From assembly GCF_004010195.1 (NCBI RefSeq), contig NC_057719.1, forward strand, positions 34,845,537-34,909,536: a stretch of 64,000 bases of DNA, read 5' to 3'. This document shows, piece after piece, positions 28,201 through 39,211 of the stretch. The notes beneath the pieces were generated by a model. It saw only the letters and a list, made by a program, of their open reading frames with translations, was not told where the DNA came from and did not search any database. The first letter of the stretch is position 1. Each line of letters opens with the position of its first letter. A program made the translations under genes and the position numbers. This DNA comes from Chiloscyllium plagiosum (lineage: Eukaryota).

Positions 28201-31200
28201 TAAATTCTATGTCTTTTGAAAATGGACAGCCTTGCTGAACTCAAAATAGCTGAAACTGACCACATGATCATACTTCAGAAGCTTCTGAACTTCCTGCTAA
28301 AGCTGTCACAACGGACATGAAGAGAACTCATCAGCCTCTAGCTGGCTCTGCACAAAGAAAGACATCAGCATCCATTTTAACTTAATGGGTGAAAATGTTT
28401 TTCCATTAACCTCTTTACCTTGCAAGGAAACTCTGATGAAGAAGGTAAAGCAAAACTGCTTACTTAAATACCCTTGTAATTAATCCACTGTGATGGGTCA
28501 TCAATACCTGAAAAAGAAGCCTCCACTTTCCTGCAAGAAGGAAAACTACCAGGACCAGCTTACTGAGAAATTCTGATTGGATACGAATGTGGATGATGCC
28601 CAGATCTTGTAGTATATGCATATGGATTGCTTCCATATTTGAGGAGTTGTGAATGAGAGTAAAAATTGCACAAACATCAGTAAACATCCACATTTCTGAC
28701 CTTGTGAAAGAGAGAAGGCCATTATGAAGTAGCTGCAAAAGGTTAAGCAAATGACACTACCATGAGGAACTCCTGCAACAGTGTCCTGAAGCGGAGAGGG
28801 TTGGCCACAAACAATCACAACCACCTTCCTTCTCATTAGCTATCACTCCAATCAGTGAGGAATTGTTTCCCTTAATTCCCATTCATGTAATTTTTTATTT
28901 GCTTGTACAGAACTTGAATATTGCTTAAAAAAAGATAATTTTGTCAAAATATTTTATCCAACACTGACAGATCATATCCTTTCAGCTGTTCACAACAAAT
29001 AAAGCACTGACTGTGCTTAACCATTTTTGCAAAACTCAAAATAGAGTCCAACCACAGACACAACTGTAATAAGATTATTTAGCAAATACTGTCCAAAGTG
29101 TGCATATAATTACGTTGAGAACCACTAACATTTTTTTAATTGGGTCCACGGTGTGGTACATTTGATCATACTGAAAGCTACACATATTAATAAATAGGGC
29201 CATGTTTAATGTGGACAGAAATACAATGCATACACATTACACCGGTTGCAATATAATGATTTGTCAGTTTATTTCTCAGGACAATGCCTTAGAACATAGA
29301 ACATAACAGCACAGAACAGGCCCTTTGGCCCACGATGTTGTGCTGCCTGAACTGCTGTGCTCTTCCAGCACCACTAATCCAGAATGTCGAGATTTAATCC
29401 TAATGTCAAATATAGTAACTTAACCTATGCACCCTTCAACTCACTGCTATCCATGTGCATGTCCAGCAGTCGCTTAAATATCCCCAATGACTCTGCTTCC
29501 ACCAACACAGCTGGCAACGCATTCCATGCATTCACATCTCTCTGCGTAAAGATTTTTTTTTTAAGCAGAGGATGGTTGACAAGAGTCAACCTGTCAGGTT
29601 TAAAATTTAAACAAAGCTTGGCAATTAACCATCAGTCACCATCTAAGTGGTGCATTCTCCATGTAATGCCTCTACCAATCAGAGGTATCGGTGTTGGACT
29701 GGGGTGGACGAGGTCAGAAGTCACACCTCATAAGAACAGGATACGATGCTGAACTTATCAATTACTAGTTCCAATGTGTCACAGCCAAAAACCGCAATGA
29801 TCTCCTCAGAATACAGACACAGGACACAATTGATAGAATATCCTTCATCACCCTGTACTTCCCTGGAGCACAGAAACTATGTCATGCTCTTCACACCTTC
29901 AACATATCATCGATAAAACATCTTGCCAAGATCATCCCTACGCCTCCACTTCTCGCCTTCAAACAAGCGCCAAACCTTAACCCAACCATCATTCACAGCA
30001 AACTGTCCAGCCTTCAGGACAACATTGACTACAACACCACACAACCCTGCCACGGCAGTCTCTGCAAGACATGTCAGATCATTGACATGGATACTATCAT
30101 TACATGTGGGACACCACCCATCACGTCTGTGGCAGATACTCATGTGACTCAGCCAATGCTGTCTACCTCTTACACTGCAAGCAAGGATGCCCTGAGGCAT
30201 GGTATGTTGGCGAGATCATGCAGATGTTATGACAATGGATGAATGGACACAACTCAACAATTGCCAGATAAGAATGTTCCTCCTAGTTGGAGAACACTTC
30301 AATGGTTAAGGACACTCCGTATCCAATCTTCAGGTGGGCTTCGAAATACACAACAACGCAGAATATTTGAAGTGCAGTCAGTTATCCAACTTATACACGT
30401 GGGTCCTTGGACAGATATTTGAAAGGCAAGAAGGATAATCCTGGGGACTACATACTAATAAGTGCTACGTCTGTGGTGGGCAAATTATTGGAGAGCACTT
30501 TTAGGGACAGGATTAATGATTATTTGGAAAAGCATAACTTGATTAGAGATAGTCAGCATGGCTTTGTGAGGGGCAGGTCATGCCTCACAAACCCTATTGA
30601 ATTCTTTGATGATTTGACAAAACACTGTGGTGAAGGTAGAGCAATGGGTGTGTTGTACATGGATTTTAGCAAAATGTTTGATAAGGTTCCCCACAGTAGA
30701 CTTATTCAAAACGTTAGGAGGCATAGGATACAGGGAAATCTGGCTGTCTGGATACAGGATTGGCTGGCCCAGAGAATTCAGAGGATGGTAATAGATGGAA
30801 TGTATTCAGGTTCTGGGACCTCTACTCTTTGTGATTTTTATAAATGAGTTAGATGAGGAAATGGAAGGGTGAGTGAGTAAGTTTGCTGATGACATGAATG
30901 TTGATGTAACTCTCTCTCTCTCTCTCAGAATTATCTTTAGATGTTCTTTCCTCCTGGATTGGAGATCTGCATGTGAGACAATCTTCTCTCAGAATTTGCC
31001 TTTTGCCAAGGCTGTGTGTATGCGATGTTACAATATTGGAACAGTTACTGTTTAGTAGTAAAATAATCTATTATGCTGTTAAATTTTCCAGTTCCTCTTC
31101 CTTCAGTTGCATTTTAACTATCATGTTTGAATAAATTGTGTTTTGCTTAACGTCATGTAGTTTGACTAATCAGATTGCATCTGGTGCACAGCACCTCACA

Positions 31201-34200
31201 TTTACCTTTTCTGAATAAGTTAGGGTCTGGGTTACCTTCTTAATATATTTTGAGGGGATGTGGTCTGGTCCACAACACTGTCATCTCATAAACATCAATG
31301 TGAAAGAAAGAAGATATCGAAAGGAAGTTGAGGACCAGAGGAAGCTGGAGGCACATGTTCCAGAATCACTTAAGGTGGAAGGGCAAATAAGACAGAATTT
31401 GAAACCTGAGTTTAGAAATTTGGTAGAAAAAGCAAGGAGGTTACGGTGAAGCGTTCTTCCCCCAAGTCATCAGGCTCCTTAACACAGTATGATAGGGCTC
31501 TTTGCGACCTGAAATTCCTTGCATGACTTCAAATTGCTGCTAGAACATTCTTCTGTTATACTGTAATTTGCATGCTTTTCACTTCTTATGTACTTTATGC
31601 CATCCTATGTATGATCGTGTCGTTTGTGCTGTCCATGTAGCACCTTGCTCCAGTTATATACAGTAGCAATGACAAATAAAATCTACTCTACTCTACTCTG
31701 CCTCAGCTGCAACTGGCGTTTTCTGACTGCTTCTGGACACTGCACTTTAGGAAAGATCTTGGGTTCATGTCACGCTACACATAACCCCACCATACTGTCC
31801 TGTATCTGTATGGTGTTTATTTCCAGCACCATCTTACTTTTAATTTTTTGTAATTATCTCTGCCTCAATTAATCGGATTGTAGGTCATCCCTTCACTTGC
31901 TATTCAGCTATTGACACTTTACACACACTGTCTGACCGTTATGATCACCAGCAGAGATTTCCTATTCAGCCTGTCAACACTCCACTCACAATATTTATAT
32001 GATCTTTTGATCTCTCTACCCATAAATTTTGGTGCCTGTCTTCACCTAACATCGGGGCAATGCTGCGAAAGCTTGTGATTTCAAATAAACCTATTGGACT
32101 ATTACCATGTGTCATGTGACTTCTGATCTCTACCAATCAAAATCCACTTATCCACAAAGTCTTGCCTCATAGGATAAATCTTGTTTTATTTTTACGTTGA
32201 TAATTCTTGCAAATCGTCCTGACGCGTGCAAATTAAAAAGTGTAAACAAATTGTATCTTTTTCAGCAATACTCAAGTTCATTTTATTAAGTCATATGTAG
32301 TCAAATGCTGCTTTCACGTCCTGAACAATGACTCTTTTGCCCAGCTTTTTTGTTTATATGCAGATCAAGACTGTGATAAGATCTGGTGACAAGTAGCCCT
32401 CATGAAACCCAAACCAGGGGTCAATAAGTAGATTATTGTATGACAGCACTGTCACCAATACCTTCCATGACTTTGCTGAATCACCCTTGTTTCATTTTTA
32501 GATTTATGCACCTTCCTGACACAATTACTGTTAGGGAGCCTGACAACTACTCCCACCCATGTTTTCTGTTCCTTGTTGGTTCTGAGCTTCACCCAAACTG
32601 ATTTTCCATGATGATTTTTCGAAGTTGTGATTTTTATCTTCCCTTAAATATCTTGTTTCTTGCCCTTTATTTTAAGGGTATATCTGTCGAAATACCATAC
32701 TTAAATTTCCAGAAGATTTTTAATAAAGTATCACATCAAACGCTATTGTGGAAAATAAAAGCTCATGCTGTAGTAGGTAACACATTGACAATCTTTCTGG
32801 TTGACCACTGTCCAAAGTCACCCTCACCAGATAGCCAGCTTCATGTTAACAACTCATTTGCCTTTTCTGATTCCAGCTAAAAATCCAGTTAAAAAACCTC
32901 ATAGGGGTTCAATTGAGAAAAATGGGTAGATGAGGGTAGTGTGCTAGAAATCACGCCCTGTTATTCCCACAGTTGTCACAACAGTTAATGAGATCACGCC
33001 AAAAATGTATGTGTTTTTTAAAGACCTTGTTGCGCGAAAGCACAGACCAGGTTTCTGTACATAATAAGAATTACTATTTATTACAAATAAATACTCTTTA
33101 GCCACAGGTAAACAGTCAAGAACAGGACAAAATATTCCAGTAGTTAAAACGTTAACCTCCACCACCCCTTCATAAAACATCCTTGGCACCACAAAAACCA
33201 ACAGACACAAAGAAAATTGTGTTGTGTGGATTGTTAAACTGGCAAGGCAGTTTACCGGACTCTCTCCATTTGGAGGTGTTTAAGATAGACACATGTACAG
33301 GTAGAGAATAGAGGAATACGGACTATGTGCAGGCAGATGAGATTAGTTTAGAAAAGTACCATGGTCAGCACAAAAATGGGAGGCCGAAGGGCACGTTGCT
33401 GCGATGTACTGTTCTGTGTTTCACCGGATTCGCTGTACCTTCTACAGGTACTTTCACTTGCCTGCAAGAGGCACAGGGCAACTGACTCATAACTCAAAGC
33501 CTCTAATTTATTGGTTAAAAGCAATAACTGACAGTAATTGGTGAGGGACAATACACAGGCTTTCTTCAGGCTTGAGGTTTTTTTTTACTGCAAAGATGAA
33601 GACAGCATCTTCCTTCCACAGGTTCAAATGCACCTATCTTGTTTACATTCACAGGGTGCTTACCTACCTAGGAGCAAATCATACAGTGTTGACAGGAAGA
33701 AGGCTTTTGTCATTGACAACTGGTTACCATTTCACAGATCAATTAATTGTTGTCAGTCAAATCTCCTTTGTACACACTCCCTGGTTCCCATTCATCTGCA
33801 TCTAAACTTCCTCATTTGCTGATCAAACAACAATGTAAACATCACTTACAACAAGTGCTGGTGCTTATCTTTTAAAAGGTTCAGCAGTCCCTTCTGCAGT
33901 CCTTGGTTTTTAAAAACCCCTTTCCCCATTTCTGTCCGCAAAGACAACGGAACGAGGACATGCCGCAACCCAAAGGACTAGCCACACTACCATACATCAG
34001 GAGCATTTCAGAACTGACAGCCAGACTACTGCGACCACTTATAACAGCACACAAACCAACAGCCACCCTCAGACAACAACTCACCAGAACGAAGGACCCG
34101 ATACCCAGCATGAGCAAAACTAATGTAGTGTACAAAATCCCATGCAAGGACTGCACAAAATACTATATAGGACAAACAGGAAGACAGCTAACGATCCGCA

Positions 34201-35947
34201 TCCATGAACATCAATTAGCCACGAAACCCCACAACCAGCTATCCTTAGTAACCACACACGTGGACGACAAGCAACATGACGTCGACTGGGACAACACTAC
34301 CATTATAGGGCAAGCCAAAAAAAGAACAGCCAGGGAATTCCTAGAAGCATGGCACTCATCCACAAACTCCATCAACAAACACATCGACCTGGACCCAATA
34401 TACCGACCACTACAGCGGACAGCTGAAGCTGACAACCAGAAGCGGCAGGGACAGGCCACTATAAATGCCGGAGGAAACACCACAGAAGCACTTCACAGGA
34501 GGCTCCCAAGCACTGAGGACGTCACCAAATAGGGGACGAAACGTTTGCAACAAAAATTTCCAGCTCAGCGAACAGAACCACAACAGATCTAGTATTTGAG
34601 AAATGACTGAAAAATATATAAAATACTGTACCGCGGAAGAGTCTGACTTGTGAACTCACTGAAATCTTTTACCAAAATCAAGCCAAGTTCATTATTACAC
34701 GTATTACTTAAGAGACTTACTTATGGGTTCCATACCCATAGGAAGGGCCTCAACCAGGATCTTGGGCTCATGTCACACTACAAATGACCACCATTGCACT
34801 ATACCTCACACATGCATCTCTCACAGACTTAAGACACTCTACACTTACATACACACACATATATACTCTCTCTCACACTCAGAACCCACCAACACAGACA
34901 GACACGCAGACACAAAGACCCACAATCACACATATACATATATTTTGTGGGGTGAATTTGTACTTGCAGAGTTCCATTGTACTTTGCTCAGAAACTGCAT
35001 GAATTCTTGTAAAACTCTGTTATCTCACTTTTTAGATTAGAATCAATCTAAACATCATGGCATAGACAGAGAACACAGGGGGGTAACACCTTCAACATAT
35101 TGTCGAGCTTACACCAATTGTTACAGTTAACCTGAGAATGCAACTTTTAAAAAAAAGTTTTGTCATTTACACATGAAAGAAGTGAAATTATCATGGTATT
35201 CGAACAGATGAAAGACTCAACAGACAATCAAGGTATTTTTCAATGTATAATTTCAGTTACATCACACTGTAAATTTTTGCTCTAAATTCTGTGCCTTACA
35301 ATTGTGTCCTCCACTACCACCTGATGAAGGAGCAGTGCTCCGAAAGCTATTGCACTTCCAATTAAACCTGTTGGACTATAACCTGGTGTTGTGTGATTTT
35401 TAACTTTGTATACCCCAGTCAAACACCGGCATTTCCAAATCATACTTAAGAGACAGTAGTGATATAATGTATTTTATATATGAACATACAGGTATGGTAT
35501 ACAGCTTTAGACTAACCGACATAGAAACAGGTTAAACGAACCATTTTAACAAATACTAGCTAACACTAACTAATGAAGAACATTTGAAGTCAACCAATGT
35601 TAGTGTTAGCTTCTAATTTTTTTTAAGATTACTTACAGTTTGGAAACAGGCCCTTCAGCCCAACAAGTCCACACCGAAGCGCAACCCACCTAGACCCATT
35701 CCCCTACATTTATCCCTTCACCTAACACTACGGGCAATTTAGCATGGCCAATTCACCTAACCCACACATTTTTTGGGCTGTGGGAGGAAACTCCACAGTC
35801 AGTCGCCTGAGGTGGGAATTGAACACGGGTCTCAAGCGCTGTGAGATAGCAGGGGTTTTGAAATAACTAATTTCCTACTTACGATCTCAAGATTAACCCG
35901 TGCATTTTAAAAGCAGCTGAAACTTTGTTCTTCACTTTCGTCGCCAT
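7231..35947 (-). CDS. POLE2: DNA polymerase epsilon subunit 2, whole gene, 19 coding exons, 1581 nt / 526 aa
   Basis: Manually spliced exons give one open frame [22 protein letters not shown]...[28 protein letters not shown], colinear with vertebrate POLE2 as I recall it. Exon lengths are 65,101,76,78,94,75,84,57,49,73,173,90,55,60,78,109,177,68,19. All introns are GT-AG except intron 8 (AT-AC). Confidence 0.97.
7484..7551 (-). CDS. POLE2: POLE2 exon 18
   Basis: [22 protein letters not shown](S); 68 nt. Confidence 0.96.
8009..8185 (-). CDS. POLE2: POLE2 exon 17
   Basis: [59 protein letters not shown]; 177 nt. Confidence 0.97.
10615..10723 (-). CDS. POLE2: POLE2 exon 16
   Basis: [36 protein letters not shown]; 109 nt. 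Confidence 0.97.
10837..10914 (-). CDS. POLE2: POLE2 exon 15
   Basis: [25 protein letters not shown](R); 78 nt. Confidence 0.96.
11388..11447 (-). CDS. POLE2: POLE2 exon 14
   Basis: [19 protein letters not shown](R); 60 nt; CAGTAG tandem acceptor. Confidence 0.94.
11509..11727. mobile_element. Tc1/mariner-pogo type MITE
   Basis: TIRs CAGGTTGTTCTGCTATAA / TTATAGTAGAACTGACTG with TA on both sides. Confidence 0.8.
12507..12561 (-). CDS. POLE2: POLE2 exon 13
   Basis: [17 protein letters not shown]; 55 nt; preceding intron only 83 nt. Confidence 0.96.
12645..12734 (-). CDS. POLE2: POLE2 exon 12
   Basis: [29 protein letters not shown]; 90 nt. Confidence 0.96.
13311..13483 (-). CDS. POLE2: POLE2 exon 11
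   Basis: [57 protein letters not shown]; 173 nt. Confidence 0.97.
13716..15737 (-). mobile_element. CR1 LINE with 5' inversion (3' part minus 13716-14574; inverted RT part plus 14576-15670)
   Basis: ORF 14495-15430 carries RT motifs [27 protein letters not shown]; very similar to the uninverted copy at 36640-38350. Confidence 0.9.
14069..14375 (-). mobile_element. HE1-type SINE inside CR1
   Basis: Near-identical to 1245-1557. Confidence 0.9.
15804..15876 (-). CDS. POLE2: POLE2 exon 10
   Basis: [23 protein letters not shown](R); 73 nt. Confidence 0.96.
16502..16550 (-). CDS. POLE2: POLE2 exon 9
   Basis: [16 protein letters not shown](G); 49 nt. Confidence 0.95.
16551..17615 (-). other. U12-type (minor spliceosome) AT-AC intron, POLE2 intron 8
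   Basis: 5'ss ATATCCTTTT (17615-17606). Branch point TTCTTTAAC (16569-16561) lies 10 nt before the exon. Terminal AC (16552-16551). Joining gives in-frame LSKA|QFHSG. Confidence 0.95.
17243..17579 (-). mobile_element. Penelope pLTR fragment in the U12 intron
   Basis: Homologous to 1984-2330; 12-bp TSD AGATTTAAACTG at 17231 and 17580. Confidence 0.85.
17616..17672 (-). CDS. POLE2: POLE2 exon 8 (followed by U12 AT-AC intron)
   Basis: [19 protein letters not shown] then ATATCCTTT; 57 nt. Confidence 0.95.
17765..18540. mobile_element. Nested CR1 3' fragments in both orientations
   Basis: CR1 3' ORF2/UTR-like sequence; plus fragment about 18015-18487 lies within a minus fragment. Confidence 0.65.
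18613..19196. mobile_element. Solo LTR
   Basis: TG...CA ends, 4-bp TSD AATC (18609-12, 19197-200); related inverted copy ends at 31277. Confidence 0.8.
19357..19584. mobile_element. Fold-back mini element made of two inverted Penelope termini
   Basis: About 88-bp imperfect inverted arms; 12-bp TSD AATTCCAGCAGA at 19345 and 19585. Confidence 0.85.
20046..20129 (-). CDS. POLE2: POLE2 exon 7
   Basis: [28 protein letters not shown]; 84 nt. Confidence 0.96.
20276..20575 (+). mobile_element. HE1-type SINE
   Basis: Same head/V-domain/tail as other copies. Confidence 0.9.
21143..21217 (-). CDS. POLE2: POLE2 exon 6
   Basis: [25 protein letters not shown]; 75 nt. Confidence 0.96.
22620..22713 (-). 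CDS. POLE2: POLE2 exon 5
   Basis: [31 protein letters not shown]; 94 nt. Confidence 0.95.
23360..23540 (-). mobile_element. Diverged, truncated HE1-like SINE
   Basis: GGGCAATTTAGCATAGCCAATCCACCTA segment and tail. Confidence 0.65.
23786..23863 (-). CDS. POLE2: POLE2 exon 4
   Basis: [32 protein letters not shown]; 78 nt. Confidence 0.96.
24737..24812 (-). CDS. POLE2: POLE2 exon 3
   Basis: [28 protein letters not shown]; 76 nt. Confidence 0.95.
25400..25990 (-). mobile_element. Old CR1 3' fragment
   Basis: [20 protein letters not shown] resembles the CR1 RPHLEYCVQFWSP motif. Confidence 0.7.
26365..26465 (-). CDS. POLE2: POLE2 exon 2
   Basis: [36 protein letters not shown] acceptor, GTAAGT donor; 101 nt. 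Confidence 0.95.
26640..27805 (+). mobile_element. CR1 LINE 3' portion, decayed
   Basis: [19 protein letters not shown]..; [18 protein letters not shown]. Confidence 0.85.
28570..28880 (-). mobile_element. Decayed LINE RT fragment (same family as 61300-62090)
   Basis: [13 protein letters not shown] / [11 protein letters not shown] resemble RT motifs B and C. Confidence 0.55.
29670..30365 (+). mobile_element. Decayed Penelope GIY-YIG fragment
   Basis: Homologous to 2750-3420 in opposite orientation. Confidence 0.75.
30405..30898 (+). mobile_element. CR1 RT fragment
   Basis: [31 protein letters not shown]. Confidence 0.85.
30899..31277. mobile_element. Truncated LTR related to 18613-19196
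   Basis: Reverse complement of the end is TGTTGTGGACCAGACCACATCCCCTCAAAA..AAGAAGGTA, matching the start of the 18613 LTR. Confidence 0.6.
33930..34586 (+). mobile_element. Penelope-like element 3' part (GIY-YIG)
   Basis: [13 protein letters not shown]...[31 protein letters not shown]...AREFLEAWH; hammerhead-like CTGAGGA..GACGAAACGT at about 34513-34544. Confidence 0.9.
34717..35442 (+). mobile_element. Penelope 3' end/pLTR with hammerhead
   Basis: Homologous to 1984-2770; 12-bp TSD TACTTAAGAGAC at 34705 and 35443. Confidence 0.88.
35318..35352 (+). ncRNA. Minimal type I hammerhead ribozyme motif
   Basis: CAC-CUGAUGA-A-GGAGC-AGU-GCUCC-GAAAGCUA-UUG; intact core, one mismatch in stem I. Confidence 0.65.
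35626..35852 (-). mobile_element. Internally deleted HE1 SINE about 30 nt into POLE2 intron 1
   Basis: HE1 tail and partial head; V-domain missing. Confidence 0.8.
35883..35947 (-). CDS. POLE2: POLE2 exon 1 (coding part)
   Basis: AGG ATG GCG ACG...; [21 protein letters not shown](S); donor GTAAGT. Confidence 0.93.
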
Positions 35948-35954
35948 CCTGCAC

Positions 35955-35968
35955 TTTTGGCGCCAAAA
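35955..35968. promoter_or_regulatory. Palindromic E2F binding site
   Basis: TTTTGGCGCCAAAA, a perfect 14-bp palindrome 7 nt upstream of the POLE2 ATG; matches the E2F consensus on both strands. Confidence 0.85.
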
Positions 35969-36164
35969 CGCAGCTTCGTCACAGAACAGAACGTAACGTA
36001 ACCAGACTCTGAGAGTAGCGCCAACCTACTCATTCATAAAAAAAACTGCTGCCACCTGCCAGACAGCCACCGCTCACAACTGCAATCACCTCGATTGACA
36101 GATATCATCATCAGCTACCACCACTTCAGTAGGCGCTCACTGAGGTCTTAAATCTGCATCTGTA

Positions 36165-36640
36165 TTCAAATAGAGAAGGACGATGCGGGTATAGAAATCA
36201 GGGAGGGAGACTGTGATGTACTTAAACAAATTAGCATTGAGAGATATGAGATATTAGCAATTTTACTAGACTTGAAAGTGGATAAAAATCCCGAGGCAAA
36301 TGGGATGTATCCCAGGTTTCTGTCGGAGGCAAAGGAGGAGATTGCAGGGGCCCTGACATTAATTTTCAAATCTACTTTGGCCACAGGAGGGGTCCCAGAA
36401 GATTGGAGGAAAGCTAATGTGGTACTACTACTCAAGATGGGCGGTAAGGATAAACCAGGAAACTGCACACTATTGCGTCTAATATCTGTGGTAGTGGAAA
36501 CAAATTCTAAGGGATAAACTTAATCTTTACTTGCAGAGGCATGGATTAATCAAGGATAGTAAGAATGGTTTAGTCTAGTGAAAATCATGTTGAATAAGTT
36601 TGATTGAATTTCTGAGAAGTGTACATGAAGGCAGAACAGT
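36165..36640 (+). mobile_element. Older CR1 ORF2 fragment
   Basis: KVDKNPEANGMYPRFL..VPEDWRKANVV..KDKPGN. Confidence 0.8.
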
Positions 36641-38350
36641 GATGGAGATGTGCAGCACGTTAACAGACTCTTCAGTCGACCTCGTCCATGCCGACCAAAT
36701 ATCCCAACCCAATCTAGTCCCACCTGCCAGCACAGGCCCATATCCATCCAAACCCTTCCTATTCATGTACCCATCCAAATGCCTTTTAAATGTTGCAATT
36801 GTACCAGCCTCCACCACATCCTCTGGCAGCTCATTCCATACACGTACCACCCTCTGCGTGAAAAAGTTGCCCCGTAGGTCTCTTTTATATCTTTTCCCTT
36901 TCAACCTAAACCTATGCCCTCTCGGTCTGGACTCTTCGACCCCAGGGAAAAGACCTTGTCTATTTACCCTATCCATGCCCCTCATGATTTTATAAATCTC
37001 TATAAGGTCACCCCCTCAGCCTCCAACACTCCACGGAAAACAGCCCCAACCTGTTCAGCCTCTCCCTATAGCTCAAATCTTCCAACCCTGGCAACATCCT
37101 TGTGAATCTTTACTGAACCCTTTAAAGTTTCACAACATCTTTCCGATAGGAAGGAGACCAGAATTGCACACAATATTCCAAAAGTGGCCTAACCAATGTC
37201 CTGTCCAGCCGGAATATGATTTCCCAAATCCTGTACTCAATACTCTGACCAATAAAGGAAAGCATAACAAACGCCTTCTTCACTATCCTATCAACCTGCG
37301 ACTCCACTTTCAAGGAGCTATGAACCTGCACTCCAAGGTCTCTTTGTTCAGCAAAACTCCTAGGACCTTACCATTAAGTGTATAAGTCCTGCTAAGATAT
37401 GTTTTCCCAAAATGCAGCACCTCGCATTTATCTGAATTAAACTCCATCTGCCACTTGCCCATATGGTCAAGATCCTGTTGTAATCTGAGGTAACCCTCTT
37501 TGCTGTCCACTACACCTCCAATTTTGGTGTCATCTGCAAACTTACTAACTGTACCTCTTATGCTCGCATCCAAATCATTTATGTGAATGGCAAAAAGTAG
37601 AGGGCCCAGCACCAATCCTTGTGGCACTCCACTGGTCACAGGCCTCCAATCTGAAAAACAACCCTCCACCACCACCCTGTCTTCTACCTTTGAGCCAGTT
37701 CTGTATCCAAATGGCTAGTTCTCCCTGTATTCCATGAGATCTAACCTTGCTAATCAGTCTCCCATGAGAAACCTTGTCGAACGCCTTACTGAAGTCCATA
37801 TAGATCACATCTACTGCTCTGCCCTCATCAATCTTCTTTGTTACTTCTTCAAAAAACTCAATCAAGTTTGTAAGACATGATTTTCCACGCACAAAGCCAT
37901 GTTGACTATCCCTAATCAGTCCTTGCCTTTCCAAATACATGCACATCCTGTCCCTCAGGATTCCCCCTAACAACCTGCCACTACTGAGGTCAGGCTCACT
38001 AGTCTATCGTTCCCTGGCTTGTCTTTACCGCCCTTTTTAAACAATGGCACCACGTTTGCCAACCTCCAGTCTTCCGGCACCGTCCCGTGACTATTGATGA
38101 TACAAATATCTCAGCAAGAGGCCAAGCAATCACTTCTCTAGCTTCTCACAGAGTTCTCGGGTTCACCTGATCATGTCCTGGGGATTTATCCACTTTTAAC
38201 CGTTTCAAGACATCCAGCACTTCCTCCTCTGTAATATGGACATTTTGCAAGATGTCACCATCTGTTTCCCTACAATCTATATCTTCCATATCTTTTTCCA
38301 CAGTAAATATTGATGCAAAATATTCATTTAGTACCTCCCCCATTTTCTAT
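36640..38350 (-). mobile_element. 5'-truncated CR1 LINE between POLE2 and KLHDC1
   Basis: Frameshifted RT ORFs ([35 protein letters not shown]). Confidence 0.92.
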
Positions 38351-39115
38351 TAGATTTATGTTGATGTGGCGTGCAAAATACTTCATGCAAGATACAACAG
38401 ATCTATTTCATTGAAGCAAATAAATTACAAAGGAATGAGGGGAATTATTGTACAATAAAGAACACATATGACTATTAAATTCAATAATCAGCTTCAAAAC
38501 AAGAAGTAATGATGTGAAGCTGCAGGACTTCCTTCCTCAAGCTCAATCACTAGGTCAGTATAAAAAGACCACTAACCCTGAAACAAAAGTATACGCCAAT
38601 AGCACAGATACTTTAATGATCTCCTCAAAGGTTTCCTGAATATCCCTGTCAACTCATGGGAGCATCTAATCCGTTATCGACTAAAATGGGGTTGAATTGA
38701 GACGACATTGAACACATCCGAGATTTTATCCGGAATATGCAGGGAGACAAATTCGAGAGGTCAGCACAAACCTCCGAGAAATTCTGCTACCTGTCCCTCC
38801 AGTCACCAGCTTCCCCACATATGACACTATCTGCAGATTATGAACTAAACTAGCCATATGGAAGCAAATCATTCTTGATCCTAAGGGACTGCCTAAGAAC
38901 ATATATTATCAAAACATATATTGTATTGTCATTGGAGCAATAACAACATAAAAATAGGAAATGCATTTCTGCATTTAGCGGTATGCACAGACACAAGTCA
39001 TGTTTCTGTAATTATAAGCAGCTGATGCTGCTGCTGCAGTATTTAGAGACGCTTGATTTCCCGGATCGATCGTCTTCCCTGTTGCCTATTGCCCGGATGG
39101 AGTAGAGGCGCGGAA

Positions 39116-39211
39116 ATGGCCGATTCCGGCATTAACTGGGTGGCGGAGGAGAGAAGCGGCCATTGTGCGGTTTTGGTTGGCAACCATCTATATGTGTGGG
39201 GTGGTTATGTG
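39116..39211 (+). CDS. KLHDC1: Kelch domain-containing protein 1, first coding exon 1a (canonical-like)
   Basis: MADSGINWVAEERSGHCAVLVGNHLYVWGGYV then GTAAGT. Matches the KLHDC1 N-terminus as I recall it. Head-to-head with POLE2 as in other vertebrates. Confidence 0.92.
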
